A stretch of DNA of 48,231 bases from Actinomycetota bacterium (GTDB lineage Bacteria > Actinomycetota > Acidimicrobiia > IMCC26256 > JACDBD01): the NCBI GenBank assembly GCA_046727755.1, contig JBKPDG010000002.1, positions 1-48,231 on the forward strand, in the 5' to 3' direction. A program made the position numbers and the translations under genes. Below are positions 26,427-35,461 of the stretch, in pieces. How positions within the stretch are numbered: the stretch's first letter is position 1; each line of letters begins with the position of its first letter. Below the pieces are notes generated by a model that saw only the letters and a list, made by a program, of their open reading frames with translations, was not told where the DNA came from and ran no database searches.

Positions 26427-27109
26427 TGGAGCCCGACGGGGCCGCACCCGGCGACACGTTCGTCACGAAGGGTCGGGTCCGCCTGGCCGAGGCCGTCCGG
26501 CACCTCGTGGACGCCACCCTCACCGCCGAGGACGCGTCGTCCGAGCAGCTCGCAACCGCCGCGGAAGACGTCGAGCGGATCGCGGCCGAGCTGCACGGCC
26601 GGGGCGAGCTGGATACGCGCCCGTCGGGCGTGCGGTCCCGCGCCGAGGAGTCACACGACGACTACCTGCCGCGCAGCCCGCTCGTCGGCGTCGTGAGCCC
26701 GCACGCACCACCAATCGAGTACGAGTACCGCGACGGCCGGCTGTTCGGCCGGGGCGTCTTCCATGCCGCCTACGAGGGCCCGCCCGGCTACGTGCACGGC
26801 GGGTGGATCGCCCTGGGTTTCGACGAAATTCTCGGCATGGCCAACATCGCCAGCGGCCATCCCGGGATGACGGGGCGGTTGAGCATCCGGTACCGGCGCC
26901 CGACTCCGCTGCACCGACCGGTGGAGTTCGAGGGCTGGACCGACCAGATCGACGGCCGGCGCGTCGTGACCCGCGGGACGCTCACGGTCGACGACAGCGT
27001 GACGGCGGAGGCCGAGGGTCTGTTCGTCAAGATCGATCTCGACCGGGCCGTCGAATACTTCGGTGAGCGCGCGTACGAGCGACGGGAGACCGTCGACCCG
27101 CTGCCGTAG
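26426..27109 (+). CDS. PaaI-family hotdog-fold thioesterase-like protein
   Basis: The ATG at 26426 overlaps the upstream TGA (26424-26426). The core is YVHGGWIALGFDEILGMANIASGHPGMTGRLSIRYRRPTP...GRRVVTRGTLTVDD. The ORF-track start at 26039 is over-extended. Confidence 0.75.
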   Translation: MEPDGAAPGDTFVTKGRVRLAEAVRHLVDATLTAEDASSEQLATAAEDVERIAAELHGRGELDTRPSGVRSRAEESHDDYLPRSPLVGVVSPHAPPIEYEYRDGRLFGRGVFHAAYEGPPGYVHGGWIALGFDEILGMANIASGHPGMTGRLSIRYRRPTPLHRPVEFEGWTDQIDGRRVVTRGTLTVDDSVTAEAEGLFVKIDLDRAVEYFGERAYERRETVDPLP

Positions 27110-27112
27110 CGA

Positions 27113-27134
27113 GCGGGGGTGCGCGCACTCCCGC
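27113..27134 (+). terminator. Near-perfect 22-nt GC palindrome after the thioesterase gene
   Basis: gcgggggtgcg|cgcactcccgc with one mismatch, beginning 4 nt after the stop codon. No U-tract. Confidence 0.3.
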
Positions 27135-27176
27135 GGACCCTCCCAATAGACTTCCGGGTTCGACGAGTAGGCAGGC

Positions 27177-28718
27177 ATGAACAGACGCGATTTCCTGCGG
27201 ACCGCCGGTCTGGTAGGCAGTGCCGCGATGCTGGGCGGGCCGACCCTGCTCCATTCCCGGGACGCTGCGAGCGCGACGCGCGCGCCGATCCTGTCGGGCG
27301 CACCGCGGGTCCCGCCCGACAGCGTGCTGAACTCCCCTGCCGCGGAGTGCCCGATCGACACGATCGTCGTGCTCACGATGGAGAACCGGTCGTTCGACCA
27401 CTACTTCGGCCACCTGGCCCCCGACCAGCAGTACATCGAGGATGGCCGCCGCCTCCACGGCAAGGACTTCTCGATCGACGGCACCATCGACGTGCGCTAC
27501 CGCGACGTGTCCGGGAACAAGGTGCCGACGACACACATCCACAAGCTCGGCGACGAGCCCAACCCGTTCCGCGGCTGTCTGCACAACGACCCCGGGCACG
27601 GCTGGGGCTCGAGCCGGAAGCAGCGCGACAACGGCTTCCTGGGTGCCGGCACCGGCAACGACCGCTTCGCGACCGGCTACTACCTCGGCGACGACATCCC
27701 CGTGCAGTCGAGCATGGCGCGCCGGTTCACGGTGATGGACCGCCACCACGCTTCGCTGATGGGCCCCACGTGGCCGAACCGCCAGTACATGTACTCCGCC
27801 CAGTCCGAAGGCTTCAAGACCAGCCCGAAGCCCCTCGACGTCGGCGCCTACAGTTCCGAGAACATCTTCGACCGCCTCGCAAGGGCGGGCGTCGAGGCCC
27901 GCGAGTACTTCATCAACGTCCCGGTGGCAGCGCTCTGGGGCGAGCGGATGCGGCCGAACATTCGATCGTTGGATCAGTTCTGGTTGGACGCCGCCGCCGG
28001 CACCCTCCCGGCCGTCACGTTCATCACGCCCGGCATGGGAACACCGTTCCGGACCGACGACCATCCGCAGGGTGACATCACGCTCGGCCAGCGCTTCATC
28101 CAAGCCGTCTTCGCGACGTTCGTCCGGTCACAGCAGTGGCAACGCGGCGCGTTCATTCTGACGTACGACGAGCATGGCGGCTTCTACGATCACGTCAAGC
28201 CGCCGGTCGTACCCGACGACCGCGCCAGCTCCAACGACAAGAACAACTTCGGGCAGCTGGGCTTCCGCGTCCCCTCCGTGCTCGCCTCGCCGTACGCGCC
28301 CCGCAACTACGTCGACAACACGCTCTACGACCACACGTCGATCCTGCGCTTCCTCGAGTGGCGATTCCTCGGCGCGCCCCCGCAGGGCCCCGGACGCGAC
28401 GGCGACAACTGGTTCCTCACCAAACGCGACCGGAACGCCCACAACTACGGCGCCAGCCTCCGCGCCGACAACCCCGATCCCGACGTCGACCTCGACGGGC
28501 CGCTCGCCGCCGTCCCGGTCCTCTCGCCGAACGACTGCAACCACGAACAGCGCACGCGTCAAGCAGGAAAGGACAACCAGACCAACCCGATCGACGTGTC
28601 GGATCAGCTCGAGTCCCTCGCCACGGGCGTCGATCCGGACGGCTCGACCTTCACCCCGTGGATCAAGGCGACCGACGTCCGTGACCTTCCCGCCATACCC
28701 GACGACCGGCCGCGCTGA
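27177..28718 (+). CDS. Tat-exported phosphoesterase-family protein (non-haemolytic phospholipase C / acid phosphatase type)
   Basis: Twin-arginine signal MNRRDFLRTAGLVGSAAMLGG. Phosphoesterase-family motifs VVLTMENRSFDHYFGHL, NDPGHGW, DDHP and YDEHGGFYDHV. Confidence 0.9.
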   Translation: MNRRDFLRTAGLVGSAAMLGGPTLLHSRDAASATRAPILSGAPRVPPDSVLNSPAAECPIDTIVVLTMENRSFDHYFGHLAPDQQYIEDGRRLHGKDFSIDGTIDVRYRDVSGNKVPTTHIHKLGDEPNPFRGCLHNDPGHGWGSSRKQRDNGFLGAGTGNDRFATGYYLGDDIPVQSSMARRFTVMDRHHASLMGPTWPNRQYMYSAQSEGFKTSPKPLDVGAYSSENIFDRLARAGVEAREYFINVPVAALWGERMRPNIRSLDQFWLDAAAGTLPAVTFITPGMGTPFRTDDHPQGDITLGQRFIQAVFATFVRSQQWQRGAFILTYDEHGGFYDHVKPPVVPDDRASSNDKNNFGQLGFRVPSVLASPYAPRNYVDNTLYDHTSILRFLEWRFLGAPPQGPGRDGDNWFLTKRDRNAHNYGASLRADNPDPDVDLDGPLAAVPVLSPNDCNHEQRTRQAGKDNQTNPIDVSDQLESLATGVDPDGSTFTPWIKATDVRDLPAIPDDRPR

Positions 28719-28881
28719 GTCACTGCGAGGTCGTTGAATACAGTCCCGGCGGATGGGCCCGTTGAACCGCGGCGAGTTCCTGCGCGCCGCCGGGCTCGTC
28801 GGCGGCGCCACCGTGCTCGGCGGCCCCGGCCTCCCGGCGTGCAGCGGCGGCTCGTCGCCGACGACCGCCCGCGTTGATGCG

Positions 28882-29688
28882 TCACTGAAGGAGCGGTTTC
28901 ACGAGCTCGCCGAGGAGGGCGGCGTTGTCGGCCTCGGACGAGTCGACCGGGCCGACGATCACCCAGTCGGCGCCGGCCGCGCCATAGGCGCGCAGGACGT
29001 CGGCAACCCGCTCGGGACCGCCCACGACCGCCTCGGGGTTGTTGCCGAGCCGCCGCGCCTTCTTCTCCGCCGCACGCTCGTCGGTGTCGATGACGAACAC
29101 GCCTGCCCACGAGATCGTGTACGGGTGGCGTGCACGCATCGCGCGCACCGCCGCCGCCTCCTGCTCGAAGCGCTCCAGCGTCGGGCCCCATCGGTTCCAG
29201 CCGTCGGCTCGCGCCGCGACCGCCCCCACGCTCGCGGACGCGCCGCCGACCCAAACCGGGTAACCGTGACCGACGGCGGCGTCGACCGCTTGGTCGAGCA
29301 TGGCGACGCGGGTGCCGAGGGTGCCGGTCGTCAAGCCGTACGTCTCGTTCTCTTCGCGGCTCTGGTGATCGCCGGCACCGAGCGTCGCGATCAGCCGCCC
29401 CGGAGCGATGCGGGCGAGCGTGCCGAGCGCGGTCGCGAGCGTCGCCGGGGGCCGCAGCGACGCGCGCGCCACGAGCGGGCCGAAGGCGATGCGTGTGGTC
29501 TCGGCGGCGACCGCGCCGAGCAAGGTCAGGCCCTCGAGCGCGGGCCGAAGGGCGCCGTCGCGCGCGCGTCGGAACAGGTGGTCGAAGCCGAACACGCCGT
29601 CCAGGCCCGCAGCCTCGGCGGCGCGCGCGACGGCGAGCGCCGGTTCCGGCTCGTCGCGGAAGTTCGGGAGGGTGAGGCCGAGTTTCAC
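28882..29688 (-). CDS. LLM-class F420/flavin-dependent oxidoreductase
   Basis: 268-aa ORF containing MKLGLTLPNFRDEPEPALAVARAAEAAGLDGVFGFDHLF...LGAGDHQSREENETYG. Its start overlaps the ROK stop by 4 nt. Confidence 0.9.
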   Translation of the reverse strand: MKLGLTLPNFRDEPEPALAVARAAEAAGLDGVFGFDHLFRRARDGALRPALEGLTLLGAVAAETTRIAFGPLVARASLRPPATLATALGTLARIAPGRLIATLGAGDHQSREENETYGLTTGTLGTRVAMLDQAVDAAVGHGYPVWVGGASASVGAVAARADGWNRWGPTLERFEQEAAAVRAMRARHPYTISWAGVFVIDTDERAAEKKARRLGNNPEAVVGGPERVADVLRAYGAAGADWVIVGPVDSSEADNAALLGELVKPLLQ

Positions 29689-30677
29689 TTCGTCCAGACG
29701 CCCGACTCGCCGGGCTCCAGATCGCGGGCGCGCGCCGCGGCGCCGATGACCCCCGCCTGCTCACCGAGGGCGGCCGGCACGATGTCGATTCGGGGCCGGT
29801 ATTCGACGCCTTCGATGCGACGCGCGAACGCGTCGCGGACCGGCGTGAGCAACGTGTCGCCGAGCTCGACGAGCCCACCCGAGATCACGATGCGCTCCGG
29901 ATCGAGGATGTTGGCGAGCCCGGCGAGCCCGACGGCCACGAGCTCGGCGTACTCGTCGAGCAGCGCCCGGCCGTCGGGTTCGCCGGCTTGGGCGGAGTCG
30001 CCGACGTGGACGCCGGTGACGGCCTCGGGATCGCCGCCGGCGCGCGCCACGATTCCCGGGGCGCGTCCGCCGGCGGCCCATTCACGGCCTATGCGCCCGA
30101 GCGCGTGCCCGGATGCGAACGCCTCCCAATGCCCGCGCTCACCGCACGCGCACATCGGACCGTTGGGATCGATCTGAAAGTGCCCGACCTCGGCCGCGAA
30201 CCCGTGCGCGCCGCGGATCACCCGACCGCGGGCGATGATCCCACCGCCGATCCCGGATCCGAGCGTCACCATGAGCGCGTAGAGCGCGCCCCGCGCCGCA
30301 CCGTGCACGATCTCCCCCCATGCGGCGGCGTTGGCATCGTTGTCCACCACGACCGGGAGACCGATCGCGCGCTGCAGCTGGTCCCGCAGCGGCGTCCGCC
30401 GGAACGCCGGGATGTTCGGCGCGTACCGCACACTGCCTTCGCGGTCCACGAGCCCGGCGGCGCCGACGCCGACGGCGGTGACGTCCGGAAACTCGTCCCG
30501 GAGCTTCCGCACCAGCGCAGCGGTCGTGGGAACCACGTCGACACCGCCGTCGCCGGTGTGGTCGCGCAGCTCGCCGAGGATGCTGCCGGCCCGGTCGACG
30601 ACGGCGACGCGGACGTTCGTCGCGCCGAGATCGACGCCCATCGTCGGCGGAGCGGACTGCTCCGCCTCGTCCGTCAC
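29685..30677 (-). CDS. glk: ROK-family glucokinase
   Basis: 330-aa ORF containing GVDLGATNVRVAVVD (ATPase motif), NDANAAAWGE and the Zn motif CACGERGHWEAFASG. Confidence 0.85.
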   Translation of the reverse strand: MTDEAEQSAPPTMGVDLGATNVRVAVVDRAGSILGELRDHTGDGGVDVVPTTAALVRKLRDEFPDVTAVGVGAAGLVDREGSVRYAPNIPAFRRTPLRDQLQRAIGLPVVVDNDANAAAWGEIVHGAARGALYALMVTLGSGIGGGIIARGRVIRGAHGFAAEVGHFQIDPNGPMCACGERGHWEAFASGHALGRIGREWAAGGRAPGIVARAGGDPEAVTGVHVGDSAQAGEPDGRALLDEYAELVAVGLAGLANILDPERIVISGGLVELGDTLLTPVRDAFARRIEGVEYRPRIDIVPAALGEQAGVIGAAARARDLEPGESGVWTK

Positions 30678-30943
30678 GCGAGGTCGATGCGGCGGACGCG
30701 CCCGGGGCCGTCCGGCGCGTCCTTGCCGGGCTCGGGTCCGCCCGCGTCAGCCGCCGCTCGGTGCGCCTCGACGGCGCGCTCCCCTGCGTCGACGACCGCC
30801 TTCGCCGCCAGCAGCAGCTCCTGGGCCGCTCTGAGCAGGTGCTCGGCGGCCTCGGGTCCGGCGTCGAACAACGCGGTCAGGGCTGCCTCGGCCGTCGCGC
30901 CCAACGGCTCCCGGTCCCTCGATTCGTCACCCGGCGTCGCCAC
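30674..30943 (-). CDS. Small hypothetical Ala/Glu-rich helical protein (89 aa)
   Basis: The ORF overlaps the ArsA-like stop (17 nt) and the ROK start (4 nt), so it is embedded in the operon. It has a GTG start and no motif I recognise. Its low complexity keeps the coding call uncertain. Confidence 0.45.
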   Translation of the reverse strand: MATPGDESRDREPLGATAEAALTALFDAGPEAAEHLLRAAQELLLAAKAVVDAGERAVEAHRAAADAGGPEPGKDAPDGPGRVRRIDLA

Positions 30944-32126
30944 TGGCCACCTCCACGAAGTCGACCTCGAGCCGCCCGTCCGTCATTCGGGCCTCGGACA
31001 CCTCGCGCCGCCGCAGGCTCTCGGGCAGCACCACCGCGCGCCGGTGCGCCCCCACTGCGACGAGCAGCTCACCGTTCCTGCGCCCCAGCTCGACGTCGGT
31101 GCGGTCGGTGAAGGGCAGCTGCATCGACAGCACCAGTGCGTCGCCCTCGGCATCGACCCGGAACGGCTCGACGACCGACAACCGGGCCGAGGCGTCCTCC
31201 ATGCCGTACAGCTCGGCGGCGAAATCCGACAGATGGTCGACGCCGACGAGCTCGTGGTCGGCGAGGTCGGCCGTGAGCACGGGGACGGGAGCGAACGCCT
31301 CCTTGATCGACTCGAGGTGCTCGCGTTGCACGCCTTTCCACGACGCGAACCACGGGTCGGCGATGGCGTCGGGCAGGAGGCGGTTCGCGATCACGGCGTC
31401 GACGTGGTATCCGAACAGCGACAGGTACGTGAACGTCCGGCGCGCCTCGCTGACGACAAGCCGCTCGGCGTTCACCACGAGACGGGCGCTCGTCACGGCG
31501 CCGTCGGTCAGCAGTGCGCGCACACCATCGAGTCGGTCGTAGAACCGCCGCACGGCGGTGAACACGTCGTCGCCGGCGATCGGCGGGCTGACGAGGCGAG
31601 AGAGAAGCGGCCGGATGGCGCGCGTCACCTGACGCTGGGCGGGAAAGACCCGTTCCATGTACCAGGTGAGCACGTCGGGCAGCGACAGCAGGCGCAGGGT
31701 CTCCGACGTCGGCGCGCAGTCGACGGCGACCACGTCGTAGTCGCCGGACTCTGCGTGCGCACGGATGTCGGCCAGCGCGAACACCTCGTCGAGGCCCGGG
31801 ATCACGGCGAGCTCCTCGGCTTCGACCGCGCCCGCGCCGGCCCAGTCGAGCAGCGCGGTCAGGTACTCGCGCACCTCGCCCCACGACTCCTCGAGCCGGG
31901 CTCGGGCGTCGAGCTGCTGACCGAGCAGCGTCCCACGACCGAGCGTGGCGATAGGCGCCGGCTCGTCGCCGAGCGACACGTCGTCGAACGCGTCGCCGAG
32001 CGAGTGGGCCGGGTCGGTCGAGCAGACGAGCGTGCGCAGCCCCGCTTCGGCGGTCCGCAGTGCCGTCGCGGCGGCGACGGTCGTCTTGCCGACGCCGCCC
32101 TTGCCGGTGAACAAGAGGATGCGCAT
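30927..32126 (-). CDS. ArsA/Get3-family P-loop ATPase
   Basis: 399-aa ORF starting MRILLFTGKGGVGKTTVAAATA (deviant Walker A) ...LVCSTDPAHSLGDAF, then a C-terminal Hsp20-like segment. Confidence 0.9.
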   Translation of the reverse strand: MRILLFTGKGGVGKTTVAAATALRTAEAGLRTLVCSTDPAHSLGDAFDDVSLGDEPAPIATLGRGTLLGQQLDARARLEESWGEVREYLTALLDWAGAGAVEAEELAVIPGLDEVFALADIRAHAESGDYDVVAVDCAPTSETLRLLSLPDVLTWYMERVFPAQRQVTRAIRPLLSRLVSPPIAGDDVFTAVRRFYDRLDGVRALLTDGAVTSARLVVNAERLVVSEARRTFTYLSLFGYHVDAVIANRLLPDAIADPWFASWKGVQREHLESIKEAFAPVPVLTADLADHELVGVDHLSDFAAELYGMEDASARLSVVEPFRVDAEGDALVLSMQLPFTDRTDVELGRRNGELLVAVGAHRRAVVLPESLRRREVSEARMTDGRLEVDFVEVASGDAG

Positions 32127-32564
32127 CTACGCCGTCTCGACTTCCTTCTTCAGCTCCTTCAGGGCGGTGCTGACGATCATGCCTGCGGTGCGCCGCTTCA
32201 GGAACCCCGGGAGCGGGATCGACGGGTCGATGGCGAGGTCGTAGCTGACCCGGGTGCCGTCACCGTCGGCGTCGAAGCGGTAGCTGCCGTCGATGGCGCG
32301 CACCATCTCGCCCTCGACGAGTGTCCAGCTGAACGCGGCGGGCGCCGCCGAGTAGTCGTACTGGAGGACGTACCGGGAGCTGCGGCCGAAGGCGGCGGCG
32401 CGGTACTCGACCTTGGCGCCTCGGCCCTCGGCGTCACGCTCGAGGACGGTCGCCTGCTTGATGTCCTTGGCCCACTCGGGGTACCGCTCGTAGTCGGTGG
32501 CCACCTCGTAGCAACGCTGCGGCGGGGCGTCGATGCGAATGCGCTCACTCACCTGCTCGGCCAC
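32127..32564 (-). CDS. SRPBCC (START/polyketide-cyclase-like) family protein
   Basis: 145-aa ORF containing IRIDAPPQRCYEVATDYERYPEWAKDIKQATVLERD. Its stop abuts the ArsA-like start with 0 nt between them. Confidence 0.85.
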   Translation of the reverse strand: MAEQVSERIRIDAPPQRCYEVATDYERYPEWAKDIKQATVLERDAEGRGAKVEYRAAAFGRSSRYVLQYDYSAAPAAFSWTLVEGEMVRAIDGSYRFDADGDGTRVSYDLAIDPSIPLPGFLKRRTAGMIVSTALKELKKEVETA

Positions 32565-33045
32565 TCGACCTCCTGTCTCCCATCACCTCTCCTCGGGCGG
32601 CGTCGGGCATGCGGCGAGGCGGGAACACACCGTGGCGGGCCCCCCACAGCCCGAGGAGCCCGAGGGGCAGCATAGGGACCAGGACACCGAATGGCTCGGC
32701 CGCGGCGGTGACGGCGGTCACGACCACGCACACGGCGAGCGAGACGAAGAGCTGCACACGCACCCGTCTCGGCGCCGCTCCCTGCACGAGGAACATGCTC
32801 GCGACGACGACGTCGTCGCCCCGCGTCGTGCGGGCGAGCGCGACCGCAAACGCCCACGACCAGACGACGAGCGAGATCGCGAACAGCCCGAGCGCGACCA
32901 CGATCGCAGCCACGTCGAACTCGCTCACGCCGGCGGCCGCGGGGAGAGCCGTCACGGCGAAAAGCGCGTTGGCGACCCAGGAGACGACGATGATTCGCTC
33001 GCCGCGTCCCCGGTCGCGTGCCTCCGAACCTGACGCCGCCGACAT
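32545..33045 (-). CDS. Hypothetical integral membrane protein (4 predicted TM)
   Basis: 166-aa ORF with hydrophobic segments IIVVSWVANALFAVTALPAAA, IVVALGLFAISLVVWSWAFAVAL, LFVSLAVCVVVTAVTAAA and VLVPMLPLGLLGLWGA. It overlaps the SRPBCC start by 20 nt. Confidence 0.6.
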   Translation of the reverse strand: MSAASGSEARDRGRGERIIVVSWVANALFAVTALPAAAGVSEFDVAAIVVALGLFAISLVVWSWAFAVALARTTRGDDVVVASMFLVQGAAPRRVRVQLFVSLAVCVVVTAVTAAAEPFGVLVPMLPLGLLGLWGARHGVFPPRRMPDAARGEVMGDRRSSGRAGE

Positions 33046-33068
33046 CGAAACGAGCGTACCGGCCGTCC

Positions 33069-34214
33069 CTACTCGTCTCGAAGTGGCTGCAACGCACCGA
33101 AGTCGCCGCGCGTGACGGGAAGCAGCCGCGCCACCTGTCGGTCGTACGTCAACTCGTCGACGGCGCGCCTTCGAGCCGCGTCGCCCAGGCGCGTCCGCAG
33201 CGCGTCGTCGCTCAACAGCTTCTCCAGCGCGCCCCGCACCGCGGCGGTGTCGTGCGGGTCGACGACGAAACCGGTCTCGCAGTCAACGACCGCCTCGTGC
33301 GAGCCGCCGCTCCGCCCCGCGATCGCCGGCACGCCGCACGCTGCGGCCTCGACGAACACGATCCCGTACCCCTCGGCCTCGAGCCCACCCCATCGCTCCC
33401 GGCACACCATGGCGAAGACGTCCGCGCACCCGAACACGGAGGCGAGTTCGGCCTCGGGCACGCGCCCGAGGAACGTGGTGCGCCCGCTGATCCCACGTTC
33501 GGCGGCGCGGCGCTCGAGTCGCCGTGCGTCCCGGCCGGCGCCGCCCAGCGCGAGCTGCACGGCGGGATCGAGGCCCGCGATGGCGTCGATGAGGACGTCG
33601 AAGCCCTTGCGCGGCACGAGACGACTGAGTCCGAGCACGAGTGGGCGGTCGGCGGCGACGCCGAACCGCCGGCGGGCCGCGTCGCATTCACCGGCGTCGA
33701 GGGGACGGAAGCGGTCGGGGTCGACGCCCGGCGGGACGACCAGGGTTGGGAGCGCGGCATCGGCGGCGCGGGCGGCAACCCGGGCCGGGTACTCGCCGGC
33801 GGCGACGAGGCCCGACCCTGCTCGGAGGACTACCCGCGCGAGCGCGCGCCCTCCGGGCAATCGTGCCGGCACGTTGACCTCGGCGCCGTGCGCGATCAGC
33901 ACGTGCGGCGCCGCCCGCAGCCGGCGTCCTACGAGTCCCAGCGGCAGCACCGGGTCGAGGAAGATCACGTCGGCTCCCCGCTCGCGCGCGATGGCGTCGA
34001 CGCGGTCCGCCAGCCCCGGCGCAGGCAGCAACACGCGCTGGCGCACGCGCGCGATGTCGAACAACTGTGCCGCGTCCCATTCCGCCGCGCCCGGGTATGC
34101 CGTCGTGAGCACGTGCGTCTCCCCCGGCGGAAGGCGGCGCCAGAGCTCGTATAGATACGACTGGATGCCGCCCACCTTGGGCGGGAAGTCGTTCGTCACG
34201 AGGAGCGACGTCAC
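33069..34214 (-). CDS. GT4-family glycosyltransferase (PimB-like mannosyltransferase type)
   Basis: 381-aa ORF with N-terminus LLVTNDFPPKVGGIQSYLYEL and the C-terminal GT4 block EGYGIVFVEAAACGVPAIAGRSGGSHEAV. Confidence 0.85.
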   Translation of the reverse strand: MTSLLVTNDFPPKVGGIQSYLYELWRRLPPGETHVLTTAYPGAAEWDAAQLFDIARVRQRVLLPAPGLADRVDAIARERGADVIFLDPVLPLGLVGRRLRAAPHVLIAHGAEVNVPARLPGGRALARVVLRAGSGLVAAGEYPARVAARAADAALPTLVVPPGVDPDRFRPLDAGECDAARRRFGVAADRPLVLGLSRLVPRKGFDVLIDAIAGLDPAVQLALGGAGRDARRLERRAAERGISGRTTFLGRVPEAELASVFGCADVFAMVCRERWGGLEAEGYGIVFVEAAACGVPAIAGRSGGSHEAVVDCETGFVVDPHDTAAVRGALEKLLSDDALRTRLGDAARRRAVDELTYDRQVARLLPVTRGDFGALQPLRDE

Positions 34215-34229
34215 TGGCGGAAGCGGCGT

Positions 34230-35420
34230 CTACGCCGGGACGCGCTCGGCGCGCGCGGTCGCGTCGGCACCGCGCGTCCGGACCCGCAGCCCGACGCCGG
34301 TCTGGAGAAGGACCACGCCCACGACGGCGGCGACGGCCCCGCCGGCGAACGCGCCGCGGTACCCGCTGAGCGCGGCGACTCCCCCGAGTATCAACGCTCC
34401 GACACCCTGTGACAGATCGAAGAAGCTGCTGAACGTCCCCACGACGGATCCGCGTTCGTAGTCGGGTATCGCGGTGAGAGCGAGTACGAGCAGCGCGGGG
34501 TAGAGGAGCGACATGCCGGCCGCGAACACCGCCGTCCCGAGCACCAGTCCCGCCACGCTCCGCCATCCGGCCAAGAGCGCGAGGCCGGCCGCGCCGCACG
34601 ACAGCGCAATCGTCGCCGCCCGCCGCCCACCGAGGACGTCCGGCAGGCGCGCACCGAAGATCCGCACGCACAGGATCAGCCCGCCATAGAGGAGGAAGAG
34701 TGTGTCCGCGCCGTGCAAGCCGAGCTCCTTCACGTAGAGCGGGATGAACGCAGTGAAGCCCGCCAGGCCGATGAGCCCGAGGAAGAGCACGGCACCCGGC
34801 GCGAGGGCGGCGCGGTGAATCAGCTTTCCGGCGGGAACGTGTGGAACGCTCCGCGCGGTCTCGACGGTGATCATGCCCAGCCCGGCGGCGAGCAAGGCGA
34901 GCGACGCCGAGACGATCCACGCGGCAAGGAACCGGTCGTCGCCGAGCACGGCCTCGCCGAGGGCGGGCCCGAACGCGAGGCCGCCGTACACCGCCACCGA
35001 CCAGTAGCTGACCGCCTCGCCTCGTCGGTCCTCGGGCGCGAGGTCGGTGATCATCGTGGCCGCCCCGACGAAGAAGGCGGCTTCGCCCACGCCGGTGACG
35101 AGCCTGATCGCGACGAGGTACGGCACCCCTTCGACGAGGCCGTACAAGGCGGTCGACGCGGCGACGATCAACGCCCCTCCGATGATGAGGACCCGCCGGC
35201 CGAGACGGTCGCCGATGCGGCCCGCGTACGGGCGGAGCAGGACCGCCCCGACGAACAGCGAGCCGACTGCCACCCCGACACCCACATTCCCGCTCGCGAG
35301 CGGGCCCTTCACGTACTGCGGGACGACCGGGATCAACATCCCGATGGCCATGAAGTAGCTGAGCCCGGACGCGACGACGAGCAGGAAGCGCGGCGTCAGG
35401 AGGCGTTCACGCTCGGCCAT
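34230..35420 (-). CDS. MFS transporter
   Basis: The ORF-track entry (to 36509) is over-extended. The ATG at 35420 gives MAERERLLTPRFLLVVASGLSYFMAIGMLIPV...LRPYAGRIGDRLGRR (MFS motif A) and about 12 TM helices. Confidence 0.9.
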   Translation of the reverse strand: MAERERLLTPRFLLVVASGLSYFMAIGMLIPVVPQYVKGPLASGNVGVGVAVGSLFVGAVLLRPYAGRIGDRLGRRVLIIGGALIVAASTALYGLVEGVPYLVAIRLVTGVGEAAFFVGAATMITDLAPEDRRGEAVSYWSVAVYGGLAFGPALGEAVLGDDRFLAAWIVSASLALLAAGLGMITVETARSVPHVPAGKLIHRAALAPGAVLFLGLIGLAGFTAFIPLYVKELGLHGADTLFLLYGGLILCVRIFGARLPDVLGGRRAATIALSCGAAGLALLAGWRSVAGLVLGTAVFAAGMSLLYPALLVLALTAIPDYERGSVVGTFSSFFDLSQGVGALILGGVAALSGYRGAFAGGAVAAVVGVVLLQTGVGLRVRTRGADATARAERVPA

Positions 35421-35461
35421 CGGCCAATCGTCGCCGCCCGGCGCCGAGCAGCGCCAACGGC

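Noticed and set aside
27135-27176. Possible PhoP 'PHO box' (GGTTCGACGAG) upstream of the phospholipase C gene.
   Set aside because: Only a single degenerate unit is present, without the 11-nt-spaced direct repeats required for PhoP binding. It cannot be distinguished from chance.
28753-30177. 474-aa plus-strand ORF as a real gene.
   Set aside because: Beyond the first ~43 codons it is entirely antisense to two genes with strong LLM and ROK signatures, and it has Arg/Ala-rich junk composition. Only its signal-peptide-like 5' end is noted.
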